From Neophaeotheca triangularis (Eukaryota), in assembly GCA_054600435.1 (NCBI GenBank), contig BAAIJX010000092.1, positions 1 to 53,612 on the forward strand: DNA of 53,612 nt. Reading direction: 5' to 3'. The position numbers were made by a program, and so were the translations under genes. Under the pieces are notes generated by a model, which ran no database searches, was not told the DNA's origin, and was given only the letters and a program-made list of their open reading frames with translations. Shown here one piece after another: positions 1 to 12,007 of the stretch (the first letter of the stretch is position 1; every line of letters begins with the position of its first letter).

Positions 1-1383
1 GGGAGGGGGGGGTTGAGCGGATGAGGGTATGAGGTGGTGGGGCTAGGGTAGAGAGATGGAAACTGGCCGCAGTGAGTTTGCGGGCCTGGCTGGTTGTGAG
101 GGGTCTGAGTGCTTGCAGTTAGGAACAGACGGGGGCTTTTTGTGGGTATGCCTGCCTATGCTCATGATGAAAAATCGATGGATGCCGACTAGATGTGGCT
201 CGCAGATGGGAGCATAGGGCGCCATTCCAGTGTTTGTATATATGATTATGATAAGAATGGATGCCCATTACTAGGTCTGTTGACTGCAACGCTGTGCCCT
301 GGCTGAGATTGAGAGAGACGTTATGGGTTGAATGCATCACAACTTTTTGATAATTGAGAACCTCTGCCTTTCGAGCTCCTTTTAAGTTCTATTTCAACTA
401 GTATTGCTTTTCCATGTTGTTGAATTTGCCTCTGTTTTTTTCTCTTTTTCTTGTAGCCCATCATCCCCACCAACAATCTCTAACCCACACCGTCCAATCC
501 ACGCTCCCGACCAGCAGCGAAACAAAACCAACGACTGCAAATCTTTCTCGAACCCATCAGTCGCCATTGAACGGCCACAAGAACTTTGGAACAGCCGACT
601 CGTGCTTCCGAGAGCGGGAAACAAGTGACGGCCAACTTGCTCAGGAGGCTAGTCAGTAAGGCGAGGCGCGCAGAGCATTGATCGGCAGCAGACCATAACA
701 ACGCCCTGAGAGCTGCAGAGAGAGAAGTGTGATCCCAGAGGTCGTCACCGGTCTTCCACACCCCCCAGTGCGCGAGCCTCTTGGTTATGAATGAGGACGG
801 TGGTGGAGGGAGAGAAAGGAGAGAAACACGGCCTCGAGTTTTCCAGACGGCTCTTTGCTGCGGTCTCTTCCTTGGGAATGGAATTTTGAGCTGGTCGTGT
901 ACTTTCTGCTGCTGGGGCTTTGGGGTCTTGATGTTGTAGCTAGCGGGTTGGCGACGGCTCGTTGCTGACTTTACTGGTTTGGGGGTTGGGGCTGGTTCTG
1001 TTTGGTTCTGTTTGGCTGATGGGACTGGGTTGGATTGGATCTGGCGTCGCTGCTTTGTGTGATAGGGAGGGGGTTGGTTTGAAGGACGAGTTTTGGAGGG
1101 ACGGGGAATGGCGAGGGGAAGGGAAGGGATGCTGGCCAGGCTTTTGGTTCATGCTGTGGCTGCTGATGTCAGGAAAGTGGTAAAGGGCGATTTGCTGGGG
1201 TTTTGGTATTGCAATAGATTCGGCAGACATCTCGTACAGAGTCCCGTCTGCGGGACCATCTGCCGCCTCGACCTCACCTAGGACACAATCCACTCCGTCC
1301 TGTCCCTGAAGCTTAAGCCTTCGGCATCACTCTCCCTCTACACCCTCCCCACTCTCCTTACCACCCTCCCCACCCAAACACAT

Positions 1384-2814
1384 CTAAGTCGTATATTCCC
1401 TCTGCAACAACCGAGCAATCGTCTGCAACTGAATATTACTAGTCCCCTCGTAAATCTGCCCAATCTTGGAATCCCGCCAATACTTCTCGGCCAAACCCTC
1501 CCTCACAAAACCCATGCCACCCATCCACTCAATAGCCTGCCCACTAACTCTCCCGGCAACCTGACTAGCGTACAGTTTCGCCATAGCCGCATCCCTGACA
1601 AAATCCAACCCCGCTTCCTTCTTGCGAGCGGCATTGTACACGAGCGCTCGAGCCGCGCAGATTTCCGTGTACGCTTGGGCAAGCTGGAATTGCATGCCCT
1701 GGAACTCGCCCACAAGGCTGCCGAATTGCTTGCGGTCGTTCCAGACGTAGTTGGCGGCGTTGCTGAAAGCGCCCAAGGCCAGACCTGTCATTTGCGCGGC
1801 GATGCCGATGCGACCTTCGTTCAGCAGTCCGATGGCGTATTTATACCCCTGTCCTTCTTCGCCCAGCAAATTGGACTTGGGGATGTCGACGTCGTCGAAG
1901 TTGAGGACACAGGTGGAGGAGGCTTTGATGCCCAGCTTCTTTTCCTTTTTGGCGATGGTGAGGCCCTTGGTGTCTTTGTCCATGACGAAGGCGGTGATGC
2001 CTTTGTACCCCTTTTCCGGCGCCAGGTTGGCGAAGACAATGAAGAAGCCCGCTTCCAGGGAGTTGGTGATCCACATTTTGGAGCCGTTGATGCGGTAGCC
2101 GTCGGCGGTCTTTTCGGCTTTGGTCTTGAGAGCGAAGGCGTCGCTGCCGCTGACGGGCTCGCTCAGGCAGAAACTTCCCACCGTCTCCGTCGCGAGCTTG
2201 GGAAGCCATTTCTTCCTGCTCTCCTCGGTGCCGTACTTGAGAATCGCTGTGTTGACGAGCGTGTTGTGCACATCCACCATGACGCTGACGGAGGGATCGA
2301 CTTTGGCGAGTTCCTCGATGCCCACGATGGCGGAGGTGAAGTTCATGCCCGCGCCGCCGTACTTTTCCGGTATCTCGATGCCCATCAGCCCTTGCTCGAA
2401 GCACTGCTCGATGATTGCCGGGTCCATCTTTTCGGCTTCGTCCATCTCGCGCGTCTTGGGGAGGATCGAGTCGTTGGCGAATTTGGATACGGTCTCTGCC
2501 ATGGCGTTTTCGATTTCGCTGAAGTGGGTGATTGGTGTTGGGAGCATGTTTTCAAGGTCGGCGGGGAGGCCTTCTGTGGTGATGTTGTCCGTGTCGTAGC
2601 GGCGGGAGGGAGTGGTGGATAAGCATCTTGAGCTAGGGCGCGTTAGATGTTAAATTGAGGGTTGAGAAGTCGAGGGGGTGTGATGTTGTTGGCCTTACCT
2701 TTGGTATTGTGGTGATCGAAGGACAGCTGATCGAGTTAGCCGAGAGGATTGCCGGGGAGTGGTAGACCTTGCTGCTCTCGCGAGCGGTCGGATTGTTCTA
2801 GATATCGACGCCAT
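1384..2814 (-). CDS. Mitochondrial short/branched-chain acyl-CoA dehydrogenase (ACADSB-like), 2 exons
   Basis: ACAD motifs FCLSEPVSGSDA, NGSKMWITN, RKQFG, GGMGF, IYEGTSNIQ. Exon 1 is 2814-2699 (Arg/Ser-rich presequence MASISRTIRPLARAARS). Intron 2698-2633 has GTAAGG...CTAAC...TAG. Exon 2 is 2632-1384. Spliced length 1365 nt, in frame. Confidence 0.95.
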
Positions 2815-3240
2815 GATTGATGTGAAGAGAAGGAAACTGAGTATACTGAGAAGGGAATGTACGATCAGACGAAAATAGAGGCTCAAGGGATGTCAGTAAT
2901 AATGTACTATGTTGTCGTCAAGTCCCTAAAGCCGACCAACGCCGGCCTAAGCCGAAACATGTGAAAGAAGCCGAGGATGTACATTGACGATTTCTGGGGA
3001 AAGATGCCTGATGATAGGAATCCGAGCCTTCGTATAGGTGTACGACCGTCCTGATGCCATCCTATTATCATCATTCGACGAGACGGATCCATATGTTAGA
3101 TTCAAAAAAGGTTGACTACCCGGAGAATCATGATAGAGCACAAAGGGGGTATACGGCAAGTCGTCATCATAATCACTCGTCAGTCATGCCACCACATATC
3201 AGCACCAACCAGGGCCATCAATAGTCATCCCAACATCCTC

Positions 3241-4926
3241 CTACTCCCTACCAACCTCCAACCTCTCCCCCAACCCCTTACCCTCCCCTTTCCCAATAAC
3301 CCTCGCATAACTCTCCTCCGCCAGCCTCCTCCCCCTCTCCCTCTGCCCTTCCAACCGCTCAATCCCCAAATTGATACTCTCAACATGCACCTCCAGCGGC
3401 ACCTTATCGCCCACAACTTCCGGCAGGGCAACCCGTTCGCGCAAATCCTCCAGCTGGTCGCGTATAGCCTGCAACTTCACAATAGTGACCGAAATCAGAT
3501 TCCACGCATTTGTGCGGTAAGTGCCGACGTCTTTGAGGAGCGAGAGTTGGCTGTTGAGGCGCTCGACGCTGTTCTTGTTGCCTCCCAACTTGGTCCACAA
3601 GTACTCGAATAGCTCGTTCTTGTCCGCGAGCGCTTTGACGCCGTCGCGGGTTGCTATGGATGCAATGACGTCGAGGCGGTTGTCGAGGTTGTCGAGGACG
3701 GCTAGCAGGGCTTGCGCTTCGGTTATCAGAGTGCTGATTTCGTCTTCGATGGCGGTTGTGTGGCGCAGGTACTGTTCGAGTAGGATGTCGCGGCTGATGA
3801 GGACCGGTTGGAAGGGCGCGAGGATGTTTAGGTTGCGGCTGGCCCATCTGGCGATGCTGCCGCGGTTGGCGTCTGCCGCTTGTACGCCGTCGATCACGTT
3901 GAGGGTCCAGCGATTGGTGCTTAGGATTTGGTCTACGGCGCGACCGATGCGGGAGTTGAATTTGCTGAGGTCGTGGGAGGCTTGACGGGCCGTGTCGATG
4001 AAGCCGCCGAATTCGAAGACTAACTCGTTGCGGGAAGGGAGGGTGGAGTATTGCACGACGTGTTTGAGATCGCGGATGCTGGCTTCGCTTCGTTTCATGT
4101 CCATTGGGAGGTTCACGCCGTGGGAAGTGCTTTGGAGGACATCCTCGAAGGCTGACTGCGCTTGTACTAGCTTGTCGAATTCGGCTGGGCCGCTGCCGAG
4201 TTGGGAGGTCTCGCTGGCAGTAGGACAGAAAGGCAAGTCCAAGTAGCTGACGCCCGGAATACGACAGAGAGGGCTTAAAGCCTGGTTGAGTTTGTATGCG
4301 AAGAAATTGCCGCCAAAGGTCAAGATGCCAAAAACAAGCCAAACAACGATCGCCCATCCAATAATCGGCTTGAGGTTGTTGAGCGCCATACCCAGAGATC
4401 CACCCACATAACTTACCACCGGCCGCAGAAAGCTCGTCCAAAGCGTGCTGAGAAAGTTGAGATCGCTCTCGTCGTCAATCTGATCATCATACTCATCCTT
4501 GAGCCGCGACGATCTTTCCTGCTCTCGCGGTGCAGGTTGTCCAAAACGCCCAGCATCGCTAGTAAACGACCGCTGATTCATACGAAAATGCGGCGTCGAG
4601 GCACGCATCCCCGCCTTGCGAGCTCCACGCTCTCCGTCCGGCGACGAAGGCATGACCAAATCCGGCTCTACCGACGAGCGTGTCATGCGTTTGCGTAGAG
4701 GTCCGTCCTTACTGCTTGCCATACTCCTACCGCTGGTTTGGAGATCGTCTTCTCCAGTCTTCTTTCGTGGTGTTTGTTGCCTTGATGCCCTGTCTGGGAG
4801 GTATCTAGACCCCACCTCGCTGCGCTCGTCTTCTTCCGAGTAGATCTCCGCGTTGTACTCGTCGCTTTCTTCGACGTCGTCCCAGGAAGCGCTTAATTCG
4901 GGTTTTGCTCGACGGTTACGCGGCAT
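3241..4926 (-). CDS. Hypothetical membrane protein: disordered N-terminus, one TM segment, Cys pair, long helical/coiled-coil C-terminus
   Basis: Long ORF with first ATG at 4926 (MPRNRRAK). Hydrophobic segment IIGWAIVVWLVFGILTFGG is followed by LSPLCRIPGVSYLDLPFC and heptad-like helices. Confidence 0.8.
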   Translation of the reverse strand: MPRNRRAKPELSASWDDVEESDEYNAEIYSEEDERSEVGSRYLPDRASRQQTPRKKTGEDDLQTSGRSMASSKDGPLRKRMTRSSVEPDLVMPSSPDGERGARKAGMRASTPHFRMNQRSFTSDAGRFGQPAPREQERSSRLKDEYDDQIDDESDLNFLSTLWTSFLRPVVSYVGGSLGMALNNLKPIIGWAIVVWLVFGILTFGGNFFAYKLNQALSPLCRIPGVSYLDLPFCPTASETSQLGSGPAEFDKLVQAQSAFEDVLQSTSHGVNLPMDMKRSEASIRDLKHVVQYSTLPSRNELVFEFGGFIDTARQASHDLSKFNSRIGRAVDQILSTNRWTLNVIDGVQAADANRGSIARWASRNLNILAPFQPVLISRDILLEQYLRHTTAIEDEISTLITEAQALLAVLDNLDNRLDVIASIATRDGVKALADKNELFEYLWTKLGGNKNSVERLNSQLSLLKDVGTYRTNAWNLISVTIVKLQAIRDQLEDLRERVALPEVVGDKVPLEVHVESINLGIERLEGQRERGRRLAEESYARVIGKGEGKGLGERLEVGRE

Positions 4927-5639
4927 GATTGAGGATGGAGAGGTGGTGCTTTGTTGTGGAGTCGTAGTCGGACAGTCAAGGGAGGGAAGTTGCACGGTGC
5001 GGAGTTGCTGGTAAAGCGTTTGATTTTAAGGCGGCATGTTGCACGTAGCGACGTCGATTTCGACTTTGTGTTTGTACTGGTGTCTTGCAATTGTTGCCAG
5101 TTCCAGTGGATGTGATAAGTTACGTTAGGTAGGCAGACTGTTATGTACGCGCCTCGCGTTGAACATTCACTTTGCATGCGCTATGACGTATCAGCGTACT
5201 GCGGATAGGTACCTACCTTGTTCTTCCAAGGATCTCGCGGGGGTGGGAAGCCACATGCGCTACAACTTGACCACGATGAAATCGCTATACTCCAAGGAGG
5301 GACTTCAAATGTTGCATGGACATCTTGGAACAGAAGTTGCCGATTATCAAATCATAGGTTGTTGCATATGTACATGAGAAGGTCTGGGAGTAATACGTCG
5401 TACAATCGTCCTTCTGCCCTTCAGCGCCCCAAGCGCTATGCCGAAGGTTCAATGCCGTGAAATTCGCCCAAAATGCCTCCCATGTCGATTTGGGAACCTA
5501 TACCGGACTCCGATGCGAGACTGAGCGAGTCATGTCCCATAAACCAGAGCAGTGGACCCCCAGATCACGTATCCCGAGATTCTTGCGCCCGACCAAGTCA
5601 CCAGCAAACTCCCGTCTGACCATCAACGAAAACGTCCCC

Positions 5640-6398
5640 TCAAATAAAGAAAGTCAGATACCCAACAACCCCCAGAACCGGCCAAAAACCCGCCCATTCC
5701 AACAACCCCCTCCCCATTCTTCCAGCCGCATTCTGCATCTGCTCAATCGTCCCGTTCGGCAGCGTACCATTGACTACCAAAGTATCCGTTCCGTTTACCT
5801 CGACGACCTGCGCAAGCGTCTCGTTATCCTTGATGGAATTGATGTAATCGGAATCATTGTTCTCGCCGCACCCGCACTCGGCATATTGCGCGCAAAAGCA
5901 TTGGACGGGGAGGGATTCGTTGTTGCCGTCGTCGTCGGTGTAGTTGTAGCGTTGGTTGTAAGGGCCGTATGCGTAAGCACCGTATAGCCAGAGGCCTGGG
6001 AAGAATCCTAGTGCTGCACCGCCTAGGAGTACTGGTGCGTAACCGCCGGGTGAGCGGGCGCCGGCTTGGTAGGGACGAGGGGCTGTATCAAAAAGTCAGT
6101 CTCTCTTCCGAGGCATGGGTTAGGCGTAAGATTTACCTCCTCCTCCGTAGAATCGCCCGCCTCCATAGGTTGGTGTTATGGTGTTTGCGGTTCGTCCACC
6201 GGATGAACCGCGAGAGCTGCCTCCGCTGCTGGAACTGCCGCGAGAAGCGCCACCGCCTCCTCCTCCTCGGCCACCACCTTTACGTTTGAAAAGCGAGCGG
6301 GTTGAGTCTGTAAGCGAGGTGAGGGCGCTGGGGAGTGCGAGGGCGTGGAGTAGGGTTATAAGTCCTAGTAGTGTGAGGAGTGATTGCTGTAATCTCAT
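5640..6398 (-). CDS. Secreted, probably GPI-anchored Gly-rich cell-surface protein, 2 exons
   Basis: Signal peptide MRLQQSLLTLLGLITLLHALA, KR site, Gly/Ser-rich tract, GGGRFYGGG. Intron 6136-6083 (GTAAAT...CTGAC...CAG). Exon 2 has LPVQCFCAQYAECGC, VNGTLPNGT and a hydrophobic C-terminus ending in TGA at 5642-5640. Spliced length 705 nt. Confidence 0.85.
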
Positions 6399-7520
6399 GG
6401 CTGGTTGGTGAGGTGCGATGCGGTTCACAAGTAGCAGAAGTCGTTGGATAGTCTCAGCCTTGTGCTAATTTTGATAAGGTCGATAAAATCAGACTTGCTA
6501 GAAGAGAAGGCAAACTCGTGTTTGTTGTCTGAGGGGGGGAGGCAAAAGCAAAGGGTGGAGGGGTAGTAACGTTAGGTCGTATCTTTGTAGTCTCGACGTA
6601 AGTGGCGGTCGTGGCAGTGTAGCAGAGTACCTAGGAGGTAGGTAATAATCGAGCGACTGTTGTGCCGTTCCAAGATCTGAAGAGTCGCCTTATACTCATG
6701 TCAACCAATTCTATTGGTCGCAACCCAACTTTGGTGAAGTGACCGGTGAAGTCATAGCCTCACTGCCTCATAAAACCCGGGACGGGATTCGGCCATCGTG
6801 AACCGGGCTTGGTTGCGGCGCAGAGGCGCTAGCGCAATCGACGCATCGGTTCAGATGCCGAGAGAGAAGCTTGGCATGTGTTGCACCATCACCTCAGTCC
6901 TAGTCTTATCACATACATTGGATAGTAGTACCTTACCTATAGGTACTAGGTAACTAAACACCTCACGTCGAAGTCAGGTCAGCTTCATTCCTATGATGAT
7001 ATGAGGCGCTTACTTATGGAGCGAAGATAACCGTCTGATCCGACTTCTCGTAGGGTGCCTTACTAAGCGGTCTCGTAGTAACCCGTCGAGCATCACGGCC
7101 TCTCGGTTCTTCCAATGCCTCCCGGACAGGGCGCAGCATCATGCATGTGCAGTGGCCACAGGGCTGAGACCATCACGGCAAAGAATGAGTTCGGGAATTG
7201 CCCCGCCCCGCATCATGCAATCTGCACGTACCGTAGAGAACCATCTCTGGCGAAATGCATCTTGTGCCTTTGCTTCACGAGAATGGCAATCACTCACGTC
7301 ACGTCACGTCACGTTTGCGCAGCCTCCTACATACCAGCTCGAGACTCTAGAAAGCCGCCATGATCGGATGCGTCGACTTCCTAGACACGACCCACGAGCC
7401 TCACGAGTACCTCTAGATGAGAGTTTGGGGGGTTGCAGAGCAGAGCCAGTCAAGACAGCCCACAGCAGTAGCGATAACAAACAAGGACTCTCCTTAAAAT
7501 CTATCTCTTTGCACTCCCCT

Positions 7521-8231
7521 CTATCTCAGCCTCATCCAGCACAAAAAAGCATCCGTGTATGAAACCTCACTGCGGGCCCTTTTCCGCCGATCCCTCACGC
7601 TGTCCCAAAAGCCCTCGATCTCTCCTCTCAAACCACTCACCTCGACCTCCATCTCCCATCGACTCGCATTCGCCTTGACTTCTTCGGCCCACTCTTCAAG
7701 TGCACTGGTCCTATCCCCAGTCCCTTCCACAAACCTGACCAACCAATCCCCAGGTCTGACCCCAAGCGCGCCAACCCCCCTACCATCCTCCAAAGCGAAA
7801 CCCCCAAAGAACCGAACCGGCACACAAACCCACCCGTTCTTAGACTCGTCATACCCCTTCAAAACATGCTCCAACGCACTCCGACTCCCACCAGCCCCCT
7901 CCCACCCGCCCTCCCTCCCCACCCTCTCCAACCCCTCCCCCAAAGCAACCACAGCCCTCAAAACCCTCACCCCCCACTCCCCGACCCTCAAAACCACCAC
8001 CCCCTCATCCAACCCCCCACTCAAACCCTCAGAAACCAAAAGACCAACCCCCCCACCTCCCGCAGCCCCGGCCACCACTCCCAAACCCGCTCGCAAATCC
8101 CCCGGCGGCAGCAACCCCTCCACCCAGACTTCGGGATTCAAAACCACGCTCCTGCCCGCATCAACCCAAACCACCCACTCCGCCCTCGCACGCACGGGTT
8201 TCGCGACTTCCGCTTCCAAAACCCCGAGCAG

Positions 8232-8266
<35 letters not shown>

Positions 8267-8594
8267 CTTTCCGCTTCGCGGTTTCGACAGCGTGGACGGC
8301 GTAGTTGTGGCGCGAGGCGTAGTCGAGATGGCTCCCGGAGGCGGGGGACGGGGCGGGGAGTACCAGGGCGATTTTGGGGGCAGGGGCGGGCTGTTGTGGG
8401 AAGGCTGGGAGGAAGGTGCGGGGGCCGAGGAGGCTGAGGCTGGTGGTGTAGAGGGTGTAGAGGGCTAGCAGGTGGAGGAGGGTGAGGGTTGTGTAGAGGA
8501 TTGGGCGGAGGGGGCGGCGTTGGGGTTTGAATGGTGGGGAGCGGGGAGGGGGGGTTTTTTCTGTTGCTGTGGCTGTGGTTGGAGCTCGCGGCAT
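7521..8594 (-). CDS. Degenerate glycosyltransferase family 34 (MNN10/GMA12-like) type II membrane protein
   Basis: N-terminal TM, YASRHNY, EVAKP..RAEWVVWVDA, VVLNPEVWVEGLLPP, VRPGDWLVRF all resemble GT34 blocks. Key catalytic residues have diverged (see findings). Confidence 0.65.
8232..8264. repeat. (TGC)11 / (GCA)11 microsatellite encoding poly-Ala in the GT34-like gene
   Basis: Directly visible perfect trinucleotide repeat. Confidence 0.95.
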
Positions 8595-10328
8595 GGTCTT
8601 CGCGGTGAGTTGTGGGTGTTGGGGCTTTCTATCGATTGTCGCCGGCGTGATGGCGGCGGACTCCGACCAGGTCTGCGTGATGGACGGGTTTTGGAGGGTT
8701 TTGAGTCTGCCGCTCTTACGAAGGGAGCGAATACTCTACATACTTCTACCTGTCGTCCACGTTGTCCTCTTAAATCTAGCTCCGTTAAAGGCCAAGTCGA
8801 CACCACTACGCGTACAGAGTTCCCCGGGCGCTTGGCGAAGCTTTGTCTGCATTGCAGGTGAGGGACTAAGGACTCTCGGTTGGCAGATTCAGCACAGCTT
8901 GCGGCATGCAAGGCAATTCGGGCGAGAGAGAGGAAAAGGGCCGTCTGGCTTTTGAGGGTTTGTCACGTCAAGCATATCGATGTGGCTCGATCCGTTTGAA
9001 GAGAGTACTAAGCGCCTTGGACGATCGTGGCATCGGACTGGTCTTGTCGACGAATTCCAAATTTTGTCGACACTTTAGAGAAGACTGGCAGGAGTCGGTA
9101 GGGGGTAATTACAGGGGAGGATTTGTCCTGGCCATGTTTGGTATGATCTTGTAACCGTCCCTCATGGCCATATCAGTACAACAGGCAGGGCAAGACTTGA
9201 AGAGCCAAGAGGTGAAGTCGAGGACTCCACGCGCTTGGCTCCAAGTGAACCTTTTCTTGCCCAGAGGTTTGGACGAGAGCCAATCGTCTTCACATGGTAT
9301 CAATTCTGCTCAGGCAGACTTGAGCTGCTTCAACAAACCACGTTTGCGTTTTAGGTACATACAACATGTAGAGGGGATGTATGCACAGGAAACCCCTGAA
9401 CTTCCGCTCTCACCGCCATGTCAACTTCGATCTCACGTTCACTCAAGAGTCTTGCGGAAGTCAACAGAATCCTACTTTCGATGTAGCGACTTCTAGCCGT
9501 ACAAGTAGATGGTATGCAGTAAAGGGCTGTGAGCATCGAGCTCTCGAAAGATATCCAGCACAATCGTGGTCGACTCACACGCTTAGCGAAAAGAACTGTT
9601 TGCTGCCATCTAATACGAGACTAGAAGGGATCGCGTTGCTGATAGCTTAGGTGGTGCGTCATGGTCGCTAGGTGGTTTGCGGAGCGGATAGGACGAGGAG
9701 GAGAAGAGTTGTTTGTCGCCATCTGGCAGCACAGTAGAAGGCGAGGCGTTGACTACAGGTGGTCCATCTTGAGCCGCAACGAGCTGTGCGACTGGTTTTA
9801 GCAACGAGCCGCTGTCCAGTGAAGCTGCCTCAAAGGAGTGCTTACCCACGACCTCTTCGCGTTCATGTGATGAGGCATTGAGTTGAGCTCAATCTGCTCT
9901 CCTCTTCTATAGCAGTCCTTGTAATGCTCTGGCAAGCGAAACAACGAAGAGGCCATTCGTTGGCGTCGGAACCCAGTCGTTAGATAGGTCGCCTGAGACT
10001 TGAGCTAGGATGCGGTTGGCATGTTTGAGGCGTGCTTGCAAGCTGTTAGCTGGTGACGGCTGAGACGAGGGATTCGACTACCTAGGTAGCTTACTTCATT
10101 TTCGTGGCGCTTGGTTTGTTGGCGACATTTTCCCGCTATTGGGAAATGTTGCCGCGGCTCTGGTCATGACTTGCGGACTTCTTGATGCGAGCGTGTAGAA
10201 ATTCATACAGACGTGAAGCTCGCATAGTCATGTATAAAACCAGCTCCGAATCCTCGAACTAAAATGAACTTTTTTGTCGTATAAACCTCTATCTGATTCT
10301 CTTACTCCCAGACACTCCACAACTTCCG

Positions 10329-11678
10329 TTATGCATTCGCAATAAACGTGCAAGTCGGCAGCCGGTAAACGTCAACATCCCAGTACTTTCTCCTGACACC
10401 CTTCCACTGGCCCTCGCCATCCAAATCCGGCACCTTCAACACCTCCCACTCGGTATCCATACCCGCCTCGAAAAGATCCAATTCGACAACCTTGGTGTAC
10501 ACATCGTAGCAAACCTGACGATCCGCACCGAGGCCGTTGTAGAAACCGAACTTGCCCTGCGGGTCCAGCAAAGCGATGACGTGCTCGGCGAAGAACTCCT
10601 TGAGGTCGCTGTAGTCTTCGGCGTAGGTATCGTAGTAGATTGCGTCGAGGACGACGCCCTGCTCCGCTAGCTTGGGCAGCGTGTCTTGCCACTTGCCCTC
10701 ATGGACCGTGACGTTCGGCATGTTCATCCAGCCCTTCTCGCGCATTCTCGCGAGAACCTCCGGGTGCGCTTCGCAGATGTGATGCATGGCAGGTTTCTTG
10801 TCCAAGAATTTGCCGTCTACGATGCCCATGCCATGGCCCACGTTCATCGTCCTTAGCCCTTCGCGCTTGCACATGGCATCGACCGAGCGGCCCATAATCT
10901 CGTCCTCCCAATCCATCATGACAGCGTTCTTGTCCTCATCCAACAGCCTGTCCTGGCTGTACGTAAGCTTACTCGCCAGATAATCCGGATTGTTGACATT
11001 CGGGTTCTTCAAATGCACCGGGCCAGCATTCTCATCCACCTCTCCTTCCGTCCCCTCGGCACTCGTAGCCTTCAACCCCGGCGCACCCTCAACGACCTCC
11101 ATAGCCTCCACATCCGCACCAGGCAGCGAACTCTGCTTGGCGCCCCCTTGCAACTCCTCAGTAACCTCAACCGCATCCCCCTCTTCCTCCCCACTAAGCG
11201 GCAAGTAAGCATCCATGCGCCCAAAAAGCATCTCAGCCCTTACACCGGCCTCAACAACCGCCTCATAAACCCCCTTCAACCCCAACCGCAACGCCAAACA
11301 CCCAGGCGTCTCATCATTGAAATCAAGCTCGTTCCAAATCGCCCCGAACTCAAACAACAACTTCACAGTCTCCGTGGCCGCTTCCTCGGGAAGAGCGCGG
11401 TTGTGGATGGCGTCGCCGGTTTCTTTGGAGGAGGTGTTGTCGTCGTCGTCGTCGTCGTCGTCGGCTTCGCATGCTGCAATCGCCGCGTGGAGGGGCGTGT
11501 AGCCCGTGTCTGGGTCTTGGGCGTTGGCGAGGAGCCGCGGGTCCGGGGCGGTTTTTAGCAGGGTGCGGAGTTTGGTGTTGTCGTGGTTTGTGGCTGCGAG
11601 AAGGGTCTCGTCGACGGTAGTGTCGGTATCGATATCCATGGCTGTGGGCGCGTTGGCGTCGGGTGTCTGTGCTGCCAT
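10329..11678 (-). CDS. RMT2: Protein arginine N-methyltransferase 2 (ankyrin-like N-terminus plus GAMT-like methyltransferase domain)
   Basis: TPLHAAIAAC, GAIWNELD..ETPGCLA, AVMMDWE, NVGHGMGIVD, HHICEAHP, DAIYYDTYAEDY, FYNGLGADRQVCYDVY, RRKYW..YRLP. Confidence 0.93.
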   Translation of the reverse strand: MAAQTPDANAPTAMDIDTDTTVDETLLAATNHDNTKLRTLLKTAPDPRLLANAQDPDTGYTPLHAAIAACEADDDDDDDDNTSSKETGDAIHNRALPEEAATETVKLLFEFGAIWNELDFNDETPGCLALRLGLKGVYEAVVEAGVRAEMLFGRMDAYLPLSGEEEGDAVEVTEELQGGAKQSSLPGADVEAMEVVEGAPGLKATSAEGTEGEVDENAGPVHLKNPNVNNPDYLASKLTYSQDRLLDEDKNAVMMDWEDEIMGRSVDAMCKREGLRTMNVGHGMGIVDGKFLDKKPAMHHICEAHPEVLARMREKGWMNMPNVTVHEGKWQDTLPKLAEQGVVLDAIYYDTYAEDYSDLKEFFAEHVIALLDPQGKFGFYNGLGADRQVCYDVYTKVVELDLFEAGMDTEWEVLKVPDLDGEGQWKGVRRKYWDVDVYRLPTCTFIANA

Positions 11679-12007
11679 TGTAGGTTTGGGGGGAGAGCGA
11701 AAGGGAAGGGAACTGAGGGAGAGAAGGAAGGGTGGTCTTTGTGGATTTTGTGCAATGCGAGCTTGAAGTTTTTTTGTGGGGCTTATCGATAAGCTGGTGG
11801 GGGTTCAAACAGCGCTAGTCCACATTTGGAGTCGCCAGTGGCCTCTCGGGTGGTGTCGAGATTGATACGAGACGAGTATGAAGGTTCGCCTGTAATGCAG
11901 CTCCTCATGTGTCGAAACATCAGGTCATCATCGTGAATCCCAGCCAACACATCCGAAGCCAACCCCAACTCTAAAAATCTCCAGACCCCCTGATACACAA
12001 GATCCCC

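Noticed and set aside
1675..2622. Long antisense ORFs (1675-2622, also 20001-21005, 7555-8304, 17539-18180, 23536-24210)
   Set aside because: Shadows of real genes on the opposite strand caused by codon bias; no motifs of their own.
7294..7314. (TCACG)4 containing ACGTCA CRE-like half-sites
   Set aside because: Short simple repeat far from any start codon; no further support for function.
8900..10250. Several 60-110 aa ORFs between the GT34-like gene and RMT2
   Set aside because: No recognisable motifs or consistent codon bias. Possibly an old relic, but not supportable without BLASTX.
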